Below, piece after piece: positions 10,187 to 21,074 of a stretch of 64,000 bases of DNA. This DNA is from Tetramitus jugosus (Eukaryota > Protista > Heterolobosea). The DNA is taken from NCBI GenBank assembly GCA_937625935.1, contig OW569353.1, positions 186,001 through 250,000 of the forward strand. Direction: 5' to 3'. Made by a program: the position numbers and the translations under genes. The notes beneath the pieces are model-generated. The model searched no databases and was not told the origin of the DNA. It was given only the letters and a program-made list of their open reading frames with translations. Every line of letters begins with the position of its first letter. The stretch's first letter is position 1.

Positions 10187-13100
10187 ATGACAGAACCACT
10201 TGAAAAGGACAATCAACAACAACAACACCACCGACAAGCAACAGAAGAAGAAGAAGAAGATGATGATGGTGATATTGTGATGAATTCTTCTGCTTCTTCA
10301 TCTGCTGAACAACAACAACAACAACAGCAAGCTTGGAGTGGTAATGGCACGAGTCGAAATATTGATTCTGATGTTTCAACAACTGCCACAAAAACAGATC
10401 CATCTGTTACTACTATGACTACTACGACTACTCTAACTGCTACCAACCACAATAGCAACAATAACAGCAATCAAGTCATTATGAGCAATGATGACACCTC
10501 TGAGGATTCGCCAATGATGCAACAACAAGAGGACGGAGAAGAAGGCAATAATGAAAACACAACTCGTAATGATGAAAATGATGAGTTGTTAGTGACGACA
10601 TCAGATGATGTTGAACAACAACCAACAGCAGCAGCATCGGCAGAGGAAGAAGAGGAAGAAACTGAAGAAGCAGCAGAGGAAGCAGAAGAAGACTCTCGCA
10701 ATGATGAGGGACTAGATTCAGAAGAACAGCAATCGTCCACAACAACAACAACAACCGATGAGTCCACATTGGCTGCTTCTTCAACTCGATCTCGCACAAG
10801 AAATCAAAACAACAATGGTTTCTCTGCTGCTGCATCTGCTTCGTCTGATACAAATGGTGGTAGCAGCAGCAGCAGCAGCACGGGTGGTACCAGAGCTAGC
10901 AAGAGAATCAAAACATCAAACAGTGCCAGTTCCATCACATACAGTGACTACTCTGCTCCGAGAAGAGTGACACGATCTCAGAAGAGTCACGTCCAGAAAA
11001 CAATTGATGAGATTATCAAGATGAAGACACCGCCCTTCTTGTCCTATTGCTCATTCTATATCGACAATTTTTCAAAGGGTGATACCGATGTGTTCTCAGC
11101 TGTTATCAAGCACCTGGGAGGTGATGTAGTAACAGAGTTCAACAAGGAAACAGTGTCTCATTTGTTGACACAGTACAAGAGTGGTCATGCGTATGAACAG
11201 GCGATCACTTGTGATCATATTTGTATTGTTTCAAGTGCGTGGTTAGAAGACTGTATTAAAATGCAGGGAACAATCGCACTTGCAGTCAACAAGGAACACA
11301 AGGACGGAGTCTATTTCTCACTGGAGAAACAAGTGCACTTGCACTACAATCCAATACCTAATTATCCGATTGCCGAATTCAAAAATATCGTCTTTACGCT
11401 CAACACAGAAATGCTGGAGCGAGACCGCCAACTCATATTGAATATGGGAGCACGCTTGAGTGAGCCTGACGACGTGATCACTGAGAGCACGACTCATTTG
11501 ATTACTAAGAAGAGGCTCGGTGACGCTTATCAACAAGCCAGAAGCAACAACCTTGTCATTGTTACCAAAAAATGGTTGTATGCATGTGCGGAACAATGGA
11601 AATACCTGGATGTTAAGACTGCATTCGTGACTGGATCGAAGCGGAAGCGTTCGAACGATGAGGAGTTCAATGATGTGCCACTCCAGTTATCCGCTGGTAT
11701 TTCTTCTTCAGATGTTGTCCAGACAAAGCGACCACTGCAGACCGGTATTGTGTACGATGCAAGAATGAGTTTGCACGAGGGTCCATACCCTGAACTATCA
11801 CAAAGAATCAGTATCATATGGAACTATATCGTAAGAGCTGGTTTACAAAAGAGGTGCCATGTGTTCAAGTCGCGTGAAGTAACTAGGGATGAATTGATAG
11901 TGGCACACGACGAGCATTATATAGACAGTTTCCTCAATGGAGAGTACAAGAATGGCAATGGAGGTATCGATGAAGATGAGGATATCAAGATTACACGCTA
12001 TACTGTCAATTCGGTTCGTTTAGCAGCAGGTGCCCTCTGCAAGGCCACATACATGGTTTGTGGTGGGACGCTTGTCAATGCATTTGCTATTGTTCGCCCA
12101 CCTGGTCATCACGCCGGTGTGAGCAAACCAGAGGGATTCTGTTTCTTTAATAATGTAGCTGTTGCTGCGAGAAACGCTCAACTTCTATTCCCAGACAAGA
12201 TCAAGAAGGTTTTGATTGTGGATTATGATGTGCACCACGGAAATGGTACTCAAGATATATTCGAGGGTGATAATACTGTGTTGTACATGAGTGTTCATAG
12301 ACTTGAGCCGGATTTTTATCCTGGTACTGGTCACCCAGATGAGGTCGGTTTTGATAAGGGTGCGGGATACTGTGTCAATGTTCCACTGCCACCTTTGGGA
12401 TACTACGAGCAGTATAACAACTTTAGCGATTCTGATTATTTGGAAGTGTTTGATCATGTATTCATGCCGATCGCACAAGAGTTTCAGCCGGATCTGGTTC
12501 TTGTGAGCTCTGGTTTCGATGCAGCAAAGGGAGATATATTAGGTAGCATGCATGTGACAGAATATGGATTCTCTCAAATGGTTGCTCGTCTCAAGACACT
12601 TGCATCGGGCAGGATAGTGTTGGGATTGGAGGGCGGTTACAAGGTTGACACTACTGCACGATGTGCAGTTGCTACTCTGCAAACATTGATGGATGAGTTG
12701 CCAGATATCCAACCAAAGCGCAAGACTTGTTCCCCTGGTACCTACTTGGCCATCCGAGAGGCTGTCAAATACCTCGCTCCCTACTGGGAATGCATGAAGA
12801 ACTTATCAGACACGTTCAAGTTGCCGATCGATACTGAAGTTGTAGAGCCTCAAGCGAGAGAAATCGAAGAAAAGAGACGAGAGGAGATTGCTGTGAAGAG
12901 GAAATTAATTCGAACTCAACCAAAGAAGGTCGTTCAATTGTATGTCCTGAGAAATCCTGTGAATCCTGATAATCACTTTGCTACAATTGATGAGGCTCTG
13001 GAGCGTGCAAAGGGATTCCTCCTGTCCTATCCAATTCTGGTGAGAATTAATATCGAAGCGGGTGAATACAAGGAGAATATCATGATTGATGACACTATGC

Positions 13101-14671
13101 CAGCCAATGTTGTGCTCGAGTTGTGTGGTTCAGGAATGACCAACAACAAGGACACTGTGATTCAATCGGCGAAGGGTAATGCAATCGTCAAGATTAGTCG
13201 CGCAAGCAATGTGACACTTAGACAATTGATTGTTCGAGGTTCAACTCAAACAAAGACACCTCAACAGGGCATATTGATTGATAGCGCCAGTGAGCATTGT
13301 GCTGTGGTTGATTGTGCATTTGAGGGATGTACTGTGTGTATCACAGGCAGCAGTTCTCTGTCCATCAAGCACAGCTCAATAACAAGGGCAAATGGGTCAG
13401 CTATTGATATTAGCGATAACAGTATTGTGAACATCATTGATTCCAAGTTAATGTATTGTCAGGATGGTATTTCAGCGTATGGAAGATCCGTTGTGCTGTG
13501 TAACTCTACGGAGATTAGCCACAACTTGGGTTGTGGTATGATTGGACACAGTGCTAGTGGCAAGGTCAAAGACACCATTATTCGCCAGAATGGTAGCTAT
13601 GGTATTCAATTATTTGAGAATCAAGATGGTGCTGACAATGACACTACAATGACAATTGCTAGTTGCCAGGTATGCAACAATAGCAGAACAGGTATTGTGC
13701 TGAGCAACTCGAATGCCATTCTGAAGAAGAATCATATCCATCACAATGCAAATGTCGGTTTGGAGATTGAGGGTAACAACTCAAAATCTCAGACATTAGA
13801 CAACGAAATTAATCACAATGGTGAGAGTGGCATGCTTTTGCTTCAAGTTGCTGGTTCGGATCTGAAGATTGTGAACAACAATGTGCATCATAACTCATTT
13901 GCTGGTATTGAGATTTCATGTGGCAAGGGATTTGTGATCGATAGCAAATTGAGCATTATTGAAGCAAAGAAGCAATTAGAGCGATTGATCTGCAGATGTG
14001 AGCTAACCGACAATAAGATTCATGATCAAGAGCAGTCGGGTATCTCTATTGAAGGTTGCCTTGCTGCTCCTATTTTGAAAGGGAATGAAGTGTCATTCAA
14101 TAATTTTGCAAACCTGGAATTTAGACACTTGGCTCATCCAACAGTCAAACAGAACCACGTCCATCACAGCAAGCAGCATGGTGTGCTAATCTTTAGAACC
14201 GGTGATGTGGATTCATTGGTTGAAATTACGGGACAAGAACAGATGATGAACCAATACAACCATTCATGCGTACCCTCATTCCACAAGAATGTAATTAACG
14301 ATAACTGCTACGAGGGATTTACGATTCAGCAGTCGGGTGCGACGGTCGAATTTATTGAGAATGATGTATATAGAAATGGAAGCAATGGTTTGCACATCGG
14401 TTATACGTCAGGTGGCTCATTTATTGGAAATTACATTCACCATAATACGATGGCTGGCATTCGTTGTTTCAGCTCCGGGTCGCCTCAACTCATCTTCTCG
14501 AATAATCGAATCGAAAGCCAGATCAGTTTAATTCCAGCTGAGCGATCTCTCGGAGTTGGACTCTACTTGCTAAATATACTGGATGCTAAACCGACTGCTG
14601 TGTTCAAGGACATGAAAATTGCATACAACACACATAATCAAATCGAAGAGATAGCCGCAATAAAACCTTAA
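10187..14671 (+). CDS. Class II-like histone deacetylase with two N-terminal BRCT domains and a C-terminal right-handed beta-helix
   Basis: HDAC motifs [31 protein letters not shown] and LEGGY are intact. BRCT-like segments [17 protein letters not shown] and [17 protein letters not shown]. PbH1 repeats of the type N.IHHN...GI.I. Confidence 0.9.
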   Translation: MTEPLEKDNQQQQHHRQATEEEEEDDDGDIVMNSSASSSAEQQQQQQQAWSGNGTSRNIDSDVSTTATKTDPSVTTMTTTTTLTATNHNSNNNSNQVIMSNDDTSEDSPMMQQQEDGEEGNNENTTRNDENDELLVTTSDDVEQQPTAAASAEEEEEETEEAAEEAEEDSRNDEGLDSEEQQSSTTTTTTDESTLAASSTRSRTRNQNNNGFSAAASASSDTNGGSSSSSSTGGTRASKRIKTSNSASSITYSDYSAPRRVTRSQKSHVQKTIDEIIKMKTPPFLSYCSFYIDNFSKGDTDVFSAVIKHLGGDVVTEFNKETVSHLLTQYKSGHAYEQAITCDHICIVSSAWLEDCIKMQGTIALAVNKEHKDGVYFSLEKQVHLHYNPIPNYPIAEFKNIVFTLNTEMLERDRQLILNMGARLSEPDDVITESTTHLITKKRLGDAYQQARSNNLVIVTKKWLYACAEQWKYLDVKTAFVTGSKRKRSNDEEFNDVPLQLSAGISSSDVVQTKRPLQTGIVYDARMSLHEGPYPELSQRISIIWNYIVRAGLQKRCHVFKSREVTRDELIVAHDEHYIDSFLNGEYKNGNGGIDEDEDIKITRYTVNSVRLAAGALCKATYMVCGGTLVNAFAIVRPPGHHAGVSKPEGFCFFNNVAVAARNAQLLFPDKIKKVLIVDYDVHHGNGTQDIFEGDNTVLYMSVHRLEPDFYPGTGHPDEVGFDKGAGYCVNVPLPPLGYYEQYNNFSDSDYLEVFDHVFMPIAQEFQPDLVLVSSGFDAAKGDILGSMHVTEYGFSQMVARLKTLASGRIVLGLEGGYKVDTTARCAVATLQTLMDELPDIQPKRKTCSPGTYLAIREAVKYLAPYWECMKNLSDTFKLPIDTEVVEPQAREIEEKRREEIAVKRKLIRTQPKKVVQLYVLRNPVNPDNHFATIDEALERAKGFLLSYPILVRINIEAGEYKENIMIDDTMPANVVLELCGSGMTNNKDTVIQSAKGNAIVKISRASNVTLRQLIVRGSTQTKTPQQGILIDSASEHCAVVDCAFEGCTVCITGSSSLSIKHSSITRANGSAIDISDNSIVNIIDSKLMYCQDGISAYGRSVVLCNSTEISHNLGCGMIGHSASGKVKDTIIRQNGSYGIQLFENQDGADNDTTMTIASCQVCNNSRTGIVLSNSNAILKKNHIHHNANVGLEIEGNNSKSQTLDNEINHNGESGMLLLQVAGSDLKIVNNNVHHNSFAGIEISCGKGFVIDSKLSIIEAKKQLERLICRCELTDNKIHDQEQSGISIEGCLAAPILKGNEVSFNNFANLEFRHLAHPTVKQNHVHHSKQHGVLIFRTGDVDSLVEITGQEQMMNQYNHSCVPSFHKNVINDNCYEGFTIQQSGATVEFIENDVYRNGSNGLHIGYTSGGSFIGNYIHHNTMAGIRCFSSGSPQLIFSNNRIESQISLIPAERSLGVGLYLLNILDAKPTAVFKDMKIAYNTHNQIEEIAAIKP

Positions 14672-14741
14672 TTATTACTTTTCGTCGAATTTGTCGCACC
14701 ATTCTTCCTTTTTACTCTTCGAAACTTACACAGGTGTATGC

Positions 14742-16006
14742 TTATTGACTATATGGTTCTCTGGAACTTGTTGAACTGACCGGTATCCAGAATGCAACAT
14801 TGGTGCACGCAGATGCCAGCATACCATAGAACGGATTGAATTGAACGCACCGAACAGCACCAGCATGACCCGGCAACTCTGCCACCTTTCCAAAATCAGA
14901 ATGCGTACGCCAAATGTGCACAATACCATTGTCCGATCCGCCCACAATATATTGCTCATCCGGAGTGAACGCTGCCTCCAAATTCGCAGAACTTCCATTC
15001 TCAAAATCCGTAAACTCTGCCACTTGATTGTACTTGAACGCATCAATCAACAACAAGCTGTCTGCAGTCATGACGGACATTAGTTTTCCACTGGGACTAA
15101 ACTTCATATTCAAGAATTCGAGTGGTGAGGTACTATCGAGCACAAACTGTGCAAATGGACCCTTGTCATACTGTCTCTTGTCATACATTTTAATCATGTT
15201 GATGGATGAACCAACAGCAAAGCACAATCCATTTGGATCGTAGGCAACAACCGGTCTACCTCTCACATCAAGCTTACCATGTGAATTGGCACTTCTCAGA
15301 TCCCAGAATAGAACACTACCGTCCAGTGAACCACTGATAAATGTGTCATCGAGTGGTGACATGCTCATGGTGACGACTCGGCCTCTGTGACCCTTGAAAT
15401 ATCGAATGAATTGATTGTCGTGCAACGAGAGGTATCGTATCGAATCTAAACACAAATAACAACAATAACAACCAAACAATAACAATAATAACAACAATAA
15501 CAACCATATAAAAAAAATTGAGTCAACACATGCATGTGATACATCATCGATTACCACAGAGATTGAGAGACCACATGTTCACATACCATCAAATTCATGT
15601 CTCGAAGCAAATAGAACACTCTCATTGTCATGTGTAAATTTAATGTGATCTGCACCATACTTCTTACTGTGAATCTCCTTGGTCATTTGCCCATTGAGAC
15701 AATCGTAGACGTGTATCGTTTCATCGTCACTTGATGTCACGAGGAATTTGCCATCGTTGGAAAAGTCCATTGAATTGATCTCTTTGCTCTTTGATATCAA
15801 AATTAAATGGACAAAAAAATCAGTGAGAAACAATGTGAGAGCTTAAAATAAGAGAGAGTTAAAAAAAGTTGTTTTTAAGGACATACGTTATCACGAAAAA
15901 CGCGACCCATTTTGAGTGATTGACAAATGTGATCATTCATGGTCAGGGAGGGTGTGCCTCCAGTGTTGTGGACGTGTTGTTGCTGTTGTTGTTGGTTGGA
16001 CATCAT
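14742..16006 (-). CDS. WDR82: WDR82/Swd2 WD40 protein, 3 exons
   Basis: Exons ~16006-15887, 15788-15587 and 15445-14742. SKKYGADHIKFTH, IRYLSLHDNQFIRYFKGH, GPF..F and VQFNP.YGMLASA are characteristic. Confidence 0.9.
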
Positions 16007-16121
16007 TCTCAATGTTCACTTCAACAAGATGATCGTTTTTGCAGTTTGTGATTTTTTTTGGGTGGAAAAAGAGAATTTGTCCGAAAAGTTCCAGGTTTTA
16101 CTGTCACTTGATCAAGTTTGT

Positions 16122-17273
16122 TTATTGTTGTTGCTTGTATTCTTCAGAGTTGTATTGCTCAGTGAGGGCTCGAATAATCTTGCATTTCATGCACTCGCAA
16201 TCTGGTTCACAAGGCTCATCATCATCATCTTCTTCGACGTTGTTGTCTGATCCATCTCCAAGCTCAATTGACAAATTGTAGTGTCGGTGATTGTCACTGT
16301 CTGCAGCAATCGTAATCATGGCTGGCAATTCTATTCCTTCATTGATTTCAAAGTGTTCAGGCAGCAATAGAATTGTTTGTTTCCAGTGAGTGCCTGGCAG
16401 TCCTGGTGCAGTGTCCAGAACAACTGTTTCTTCTGATCCTTCGAACACAACATCGAACCATATGCAAAATCCCTGCAGAATTCCATCGCTCTTGATTGGA
16501 AAGACCACTTGCGAAAATATGCAGTGTAACTCTTCAACAGTCACCGTTTTGATGTCAACGTGTTTCACGAGAACACGATCAGACAGCAATTGCTCGCTCT
16601 GTATAATATCAATATAGGGTTTCGATAGAAGCTTCTCTGTTGCCAGTGGGGCAATAGGAGAAAAGTCCAATCCATGTACATCGCCCCAATAGTTTACCTT
16701 TTGATCAAACAGAGATGACATATTGCATGGACTTGCATAAATATTGGCACTCGAAGGATACATGACTCCATCTCCCTTTAGCCACTTGTCTCTTGCAACG
16801 AGAACAGAGTCCAACATGCTTTCATGTATCAAATAGAAACCCATCCACTCTGAAATGATCACGTCCACCTTCTCTGGCAGCTCCACATTTTCAATCAATC
16901 CATGAATCACCTGAATTTGTTCACTCATTCCATTCTGCTCAACCAACTGCTTAGCCATCCCGCTCATTGCGCTCGCTTCCACAGCGTACACTTTTTTTGC
17001 TTTTCCGTATTTGACGGCAAACATGGACAAGACACCTGTTCCACATCCAACATCTAAGACGACCTTGTTCTCAAAATGACCTGGATTCGATTGAATGGCC
17101 TTCAAGTATGTCTCTGTTCTCACAGTGTCCTTCAACATGAGTTCATGTGTCTCAATAGTACCATAATCAGCAAAGTATTGGTCTTCTTCGGATAAAGTAG
17201 GTTGGTTTTCAGTGAAGGTAGTGGATGATGACATTTGTGTTTCTTCTGTTTCACTTGTCCTCTGTCGCTTCAT
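16122..17273 (-). CDS. Type I protein arginine methyltransferase (PRMT1/6-like)
   Basis: HELMLKDTVRT..Y, VLDVGCGTG, double-E loop SEWMGFYLIHE, THWKQT. Confidence 0.92.
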   Translation of the reverse strand: MKRQRTSETEETQMSSSTTFTENQPTLSEEDQYFADYGTIETHELMLKDTVRTETYLKAIQSNPGHFENKVVLDVGCGTGVLSMFAVKYGKAKKVYAVEASAMSGMAKQLVEQNGMSEQIQVIHGLIENVELPEKVDVIISEWMGFYLIHESMLDSVLVARDKWLKGDGVMYPSSANIYASPCNMSSLFDQKVNYWGDVHGLDFSPIAPLATEKLLSKPYIDIIQSEQLLSDRVLVKHVDIKTVTVEELHCIFSQVVFPIKSDGILQGFCIWFDVVFEGSEETVVLDTAPGLPGTHWKQTILLLPEHFEINEGIELPAMITIAADSDNHRHYNLSIELGDGSDNNVEEDDDDEPCEPDCECMKCKIIRALTEQYNSEEYKQQQ

Positions 17274-17367
17274 ACTTGGTTGTTTTTGTGTGAAATTCCT
17301 CCGTCAAAATTGAAGTTTCATTCGGAGTGTAGGGAAGAAACCGCGATTGTGAAAAAGTTTTTATTGG

Positions 17368-19044
17368 ATGTCAAAAACAACAACAACACAAATCATGATG
17401 AACAGAATTGCAAGATCATCTATCGTCCGAGCTGCCACAGCAAATGGAGCACGTTCGTGTTCCTCTCACAAGAGAGTTCTCATGGCACCTCATTCTGCTC
17501 TCCTCTCCCGCCAAAATACTTTTCCCCGCAATTTCTCCTCTCAATCTGGCGCCAAATTTTTGAGTGAGTCACTACAGCATTCCGCTGCAGAATCCCTACC
17601 TAGAGCAGTCAGAATTGCTGATGCCAGAAACGAATCACTCATTGGTGAGACTGTGATTCTTAGAGGATGGGTGCGAACAATCCGTTCACAAAAGCACCTT
17701 AGCTTCATTGATTTAAATGATGGTAGCTCTCTTTCTGGTATGCAAATCGTTGTTTGTGCACACTCTGAGCAACAACAAGAGATGATGAGCAAGATTCACA
17801 CGGGAACATCCATTCAAGTGACTGGACAAGTGATCAAATCACCTGCTAGCAAGCAACCTACTGAGATGTTGATTGGTGAGGACTCACAAGGCAATCCAAC
17901 TGCATTTACACTGAGTATTATTGGTGAGTGTGATGCCAATGCCTATCCATTGCAAAAGAAGAAGCATAGTATTGAATTTTTGAGAGACAATGCTCACTTG
18001 CGGTCAAGAACAAACACGGGATCTGCTGTGATTCGAGTCAGAAACGAGGCAATGATGGCCATTCACGAATACTTTCAATCTCAAGATTTTTATCATGTCC
18101 ATACTCCGATTATTACAGGAAGCGATTGTGAGGGTGCTGGTGAGCAATTCCGTGTCATTACCAGTGAGGATGAAGTCAAATTGAATGCTTCCAAGGATTC
18201 CAAGATTGGTGATGCACAAAGTGATGCAGGAAAGAGCTTTTTTGGAACAGATGCTTATCTGACTGTCAGTGGTCAGCTTGCTGCTGAGATTTTTGCTACA
18301 TCGCTGTCTCGCGTGTACACCTTTGGACCTACGTTTCGTGCTGAAACTGGAAAAACCAGTCGTCACTTGGCTGAGTTTTGGATGGTTGAAATGGAACAAG
18401 CATTTGTTGATATGCCAACACTGATGAAGCATGGTGAGAATATGGTCAAGAGTGCAATCAGAAGAGTGTTGACAAAATGTGCAGATGATATTCAATTTTT
18501 CCAACAATGGCATGACAAGGAACTTTTGACACGATTAGAACACACTCTCAACACACCATTTAAGACGATTACTTATACGGAAGCTGTGGAGCTTTTACGC
18601 GAGAGCAAGGAAAAGTTCCAATTTCCTGTTGAATGGGGATGCAATCTTCAGAGTGAGCATGAGATCTATATTTGCAAGCACTTTGGTGTTCCAACATTTG
18701 TAACGCACTATCCAAAGATTATTAAGCCATTCTATGCAAGAGTCACATCGGACGAAGTATCGAGAGAAACAGTTGGTGCATTTGACTTGCTTGTTCCTAA
18801 CCTGGGAGAATTGATTGGAGGAAGCGAGAGAGAAGAGAGATATGATGTGCTCGTTCAAACAATGAAAGAAAAGAATTTGAATGTTGATTCATATAGCTGG
18901 TATTTGGACTTGAGACGATTCGGTACTGTTCCACATGGTGGATTTGGAATTGGCTTTGAGAGATTGATCCTCTTCTTAACTGGCTTGAGCAATATTCGTG
19001 AGGCTATCCCATTGCCTCGTGCTGTCGGATACTGTAAATTCTAA
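17368..19044 (+). CDS. NARS2: Asparaginyl-tRNA synthetase, mitochondrial-type
   Basis: Arg/Ser-rich presequence; GWVRTIR, LTVSGQL, FGPTFRAE..TSRHLAEFWM, GELIGGSEREER, YLDLRRFGTVPHGGFGIGFER. Confidence 0.92.
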   Translation: MSKTTTTQIMMNRIARSSIVRAATANGARSCSSHKRVLMAPHSALLSRQNTFPRNFSSQSGAKFLSESLQHSAAESLPRAVRIADARNESLIGETVILRGWVRTIRSQKHLSFIDLNDGSSLSGMQIVVCAHSEQQQEMMSKIHTGTSIQVTGQVIKSPASKQPTEMLIGEDSQGNPTAFTLSIIGECDANAYPLQKKKHSIEFLRDNAHLRSRTNTGSAVIRVRNEAMMAIHEYFQSQDFYHVHTPIITGSDCEGAGEQFRVITSEDEVKLNASKDSKIGDAQSDAGKSFFGTDAYLTVSGQLAAEIFATSLSRVYTFGPTFRAETGKTSRHLAEFWMVEMEQAFVDMPTLMKHGENMVKSAIRRVLTKCADDIQFFQQWHDKELLTRLEHTLNTPFKTITYTEAVELLRESKEKFQFPVEWGCNLQSEHEIYICKHFGVPTFVTHYPKIIKPFYARVTSDEVSRETVGAFDLLVPNLGELIGGSEREERYDVLVQTMKEKNLNVDSYSWYLDLRRFGTVPHGGFGIGFERLILFLTGLSNIREAIPLPRAVGYCKF

Positions 19045-19089
19045 AACATGTTTCATGTTATCGTTCCTCATTTTTTATTTCTATGCTCT

Positions 19090-20787
19090 CTATTGATCGG
19101 CCGAGTACAGAGTGACCATTTTATCAAATGATCCTGTGGCTATAATATTGCTCGACGAAATGTCACAAGATATAATCGAATTTTTTTCCTTTGTTCGAAC
19201 TATCGTAGGACCATAAGGTGCTTTGCAAGTGTTCCAGCACTTATCCTTTCCTCCAGTTACCATCCAATCTCCGCTTGGTGAGTAGGCCAGTGATAGAACA
19301 CTGCTATCATGGACTTTGAATTGATATTCTTTCTCTTGATTCAGGTCCGAGTAATCAATCACTGTCGCGGTACCATTGCTCAAACCCACAGCAACACACC
19401 TTTGCTTCTGAGGACATGAAGCCATGGAGAATGCTGCACCTCCCATATTCCTATGTGCTAATTGTTTACCAGAGTTTACATCCCAGAATCTCACAGTTGT
19501 GTCTAATCCACTTGTAATCAGAGTGTGACCGTCCTGCGAAAGAACGACTCTGCTCACAATTCCTTCATGTCCCACAAAACTTCGAACAATACTTCCCGTT
19601 TGAACATCCCACATAATAGCTTTACCATTGTTCAAACAACTAAAACAATATTTTGAGTCAGAGCTCAACACCACCGAATACTGCTTTTCCATATTATCGG
19701 TACTGAGTGTTCTCACTGTTCTTCCTGATGCAAGATCAACGATACTCACATCTTTTGACTCACCAGATAAAAACGCAATGCTATTGTCGTTGTTTAAGGC
19801 AATTGTCCGAATAAAACTATCACCAAAGCATTTCAGCTCTAAGGTCGATTTCTTTGACTCAATTTTATCATTCATGTTCCACATTCGCAATAATCCCTTA
19901 CTTCCTGTGAACAATTTGTCACTATTGCTAGAGAAGAGAACTGAGGATACATGAGAATCATGTGGCAAACATATCTTTTTCGTTATCGTTCTTGGAACAC
20001 CAGAATTATCATCATCCTGTTGATTATCCTCAATAGAGTTACCATCGTTGTTCGAACTTCGTTGTTTACCTTTTCTTGTTCGCTTTAGGTCAATCTCTGT
20101 TGGTAACGGTGGTTGTTTCTCATTCTCCATTGATTCGTCATCGTCATCTGTCGTCGAGGTCAGATCAACATCGTTATTGTTCTGATGCTTAGCTTCATCA
20201 CTCACATATAAATCAGCCATGTGAAAGGATTCTACAGAATCCATGGATCCTTTTCCTCTACCACTTGACTTCAATTGTGAGGTCTTTCAATGAGTAAATA
20301 AACGTGTGTTCGTGTGAGAACAGTTGGTTTTAGAATAGTAACGACCGAGCACATACCTTGATTCTCTTCTCTAGATCCGGAATGGAAACCTTTTTGGCGT
20401 CTTCTACTTGTGATTTGACTCTCGATTGAGCTTCACTGGGCAGTAAATGGATATGATCATTGATAATGTGGAGCAACCTGGAATTGATCTCTGCTAGTTT
20501 GTGATTCTGTACATTGAGGTAGTAAGCTGACTCGAAGAATCGTTTGGATTGATTCTGTAAATCTGTTCTCTCTGCTTTCAATTTTTCTGCTTCAATCTTG
20601 AGAGTGCTGTATTGACTCTGAACCATGTCATGTTGATACTTGATACGATCACAGTATTCTGAGACAGATAGTTGCTAAACAATGGTGGTGAAGTCGAAAA
20701 TGAGAAATACACTTGTTAGCTAACATGTTTTGGGTACCAAGATCAAATTGTTGTTTTTTGTATGTGCTTACGTACGGTAACGGACAT
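19090..20787 (-). CDS. TLE: Groucho/TLE-family transcriptional co-repressor (Q domain + WD40), 3 exons
   Basis: Exons 20787-20776, 20674-20357 and 20283-19090. Q domain SVSEYCDRIKYQHDMVQSQYSTLKIEAEKLKAERTDLQ..FFESAYYLNVQNHKLAEINSRL; WD40 region GVPR..H..FTGSKG..W, CFSC, GLDTTVRFWD, HDSSVLSL, GKD..W..PYG, SCDIS..TGS.DK. Confidence 0.85.
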
Positions 20788-21074
20788 TTAAACGATGTTT
20801 GAAGTTTTGGTATCTAGTTAATTTTTCTGTGCAAAGTTTTTTTGGATGGGTCAGCTACCAATCAAAGCTACTTGCGCGTTTCTGTTCTTTTGTCTTGTTG
20901 GTTTGGCGACTGACAGTTTGCTTGGACTTTACAACATCCCATGCGCCGATTGAAATCGTAAATAGTATCTTGGCGGGAACATGTCCGTTTCTCGAACCTT
21001 TTATGCAAAAATCATTATCTATCCGCAGCGCACTTCAACCAAAAAAATCAAACCAGAAAAAAACAATCACAAAG

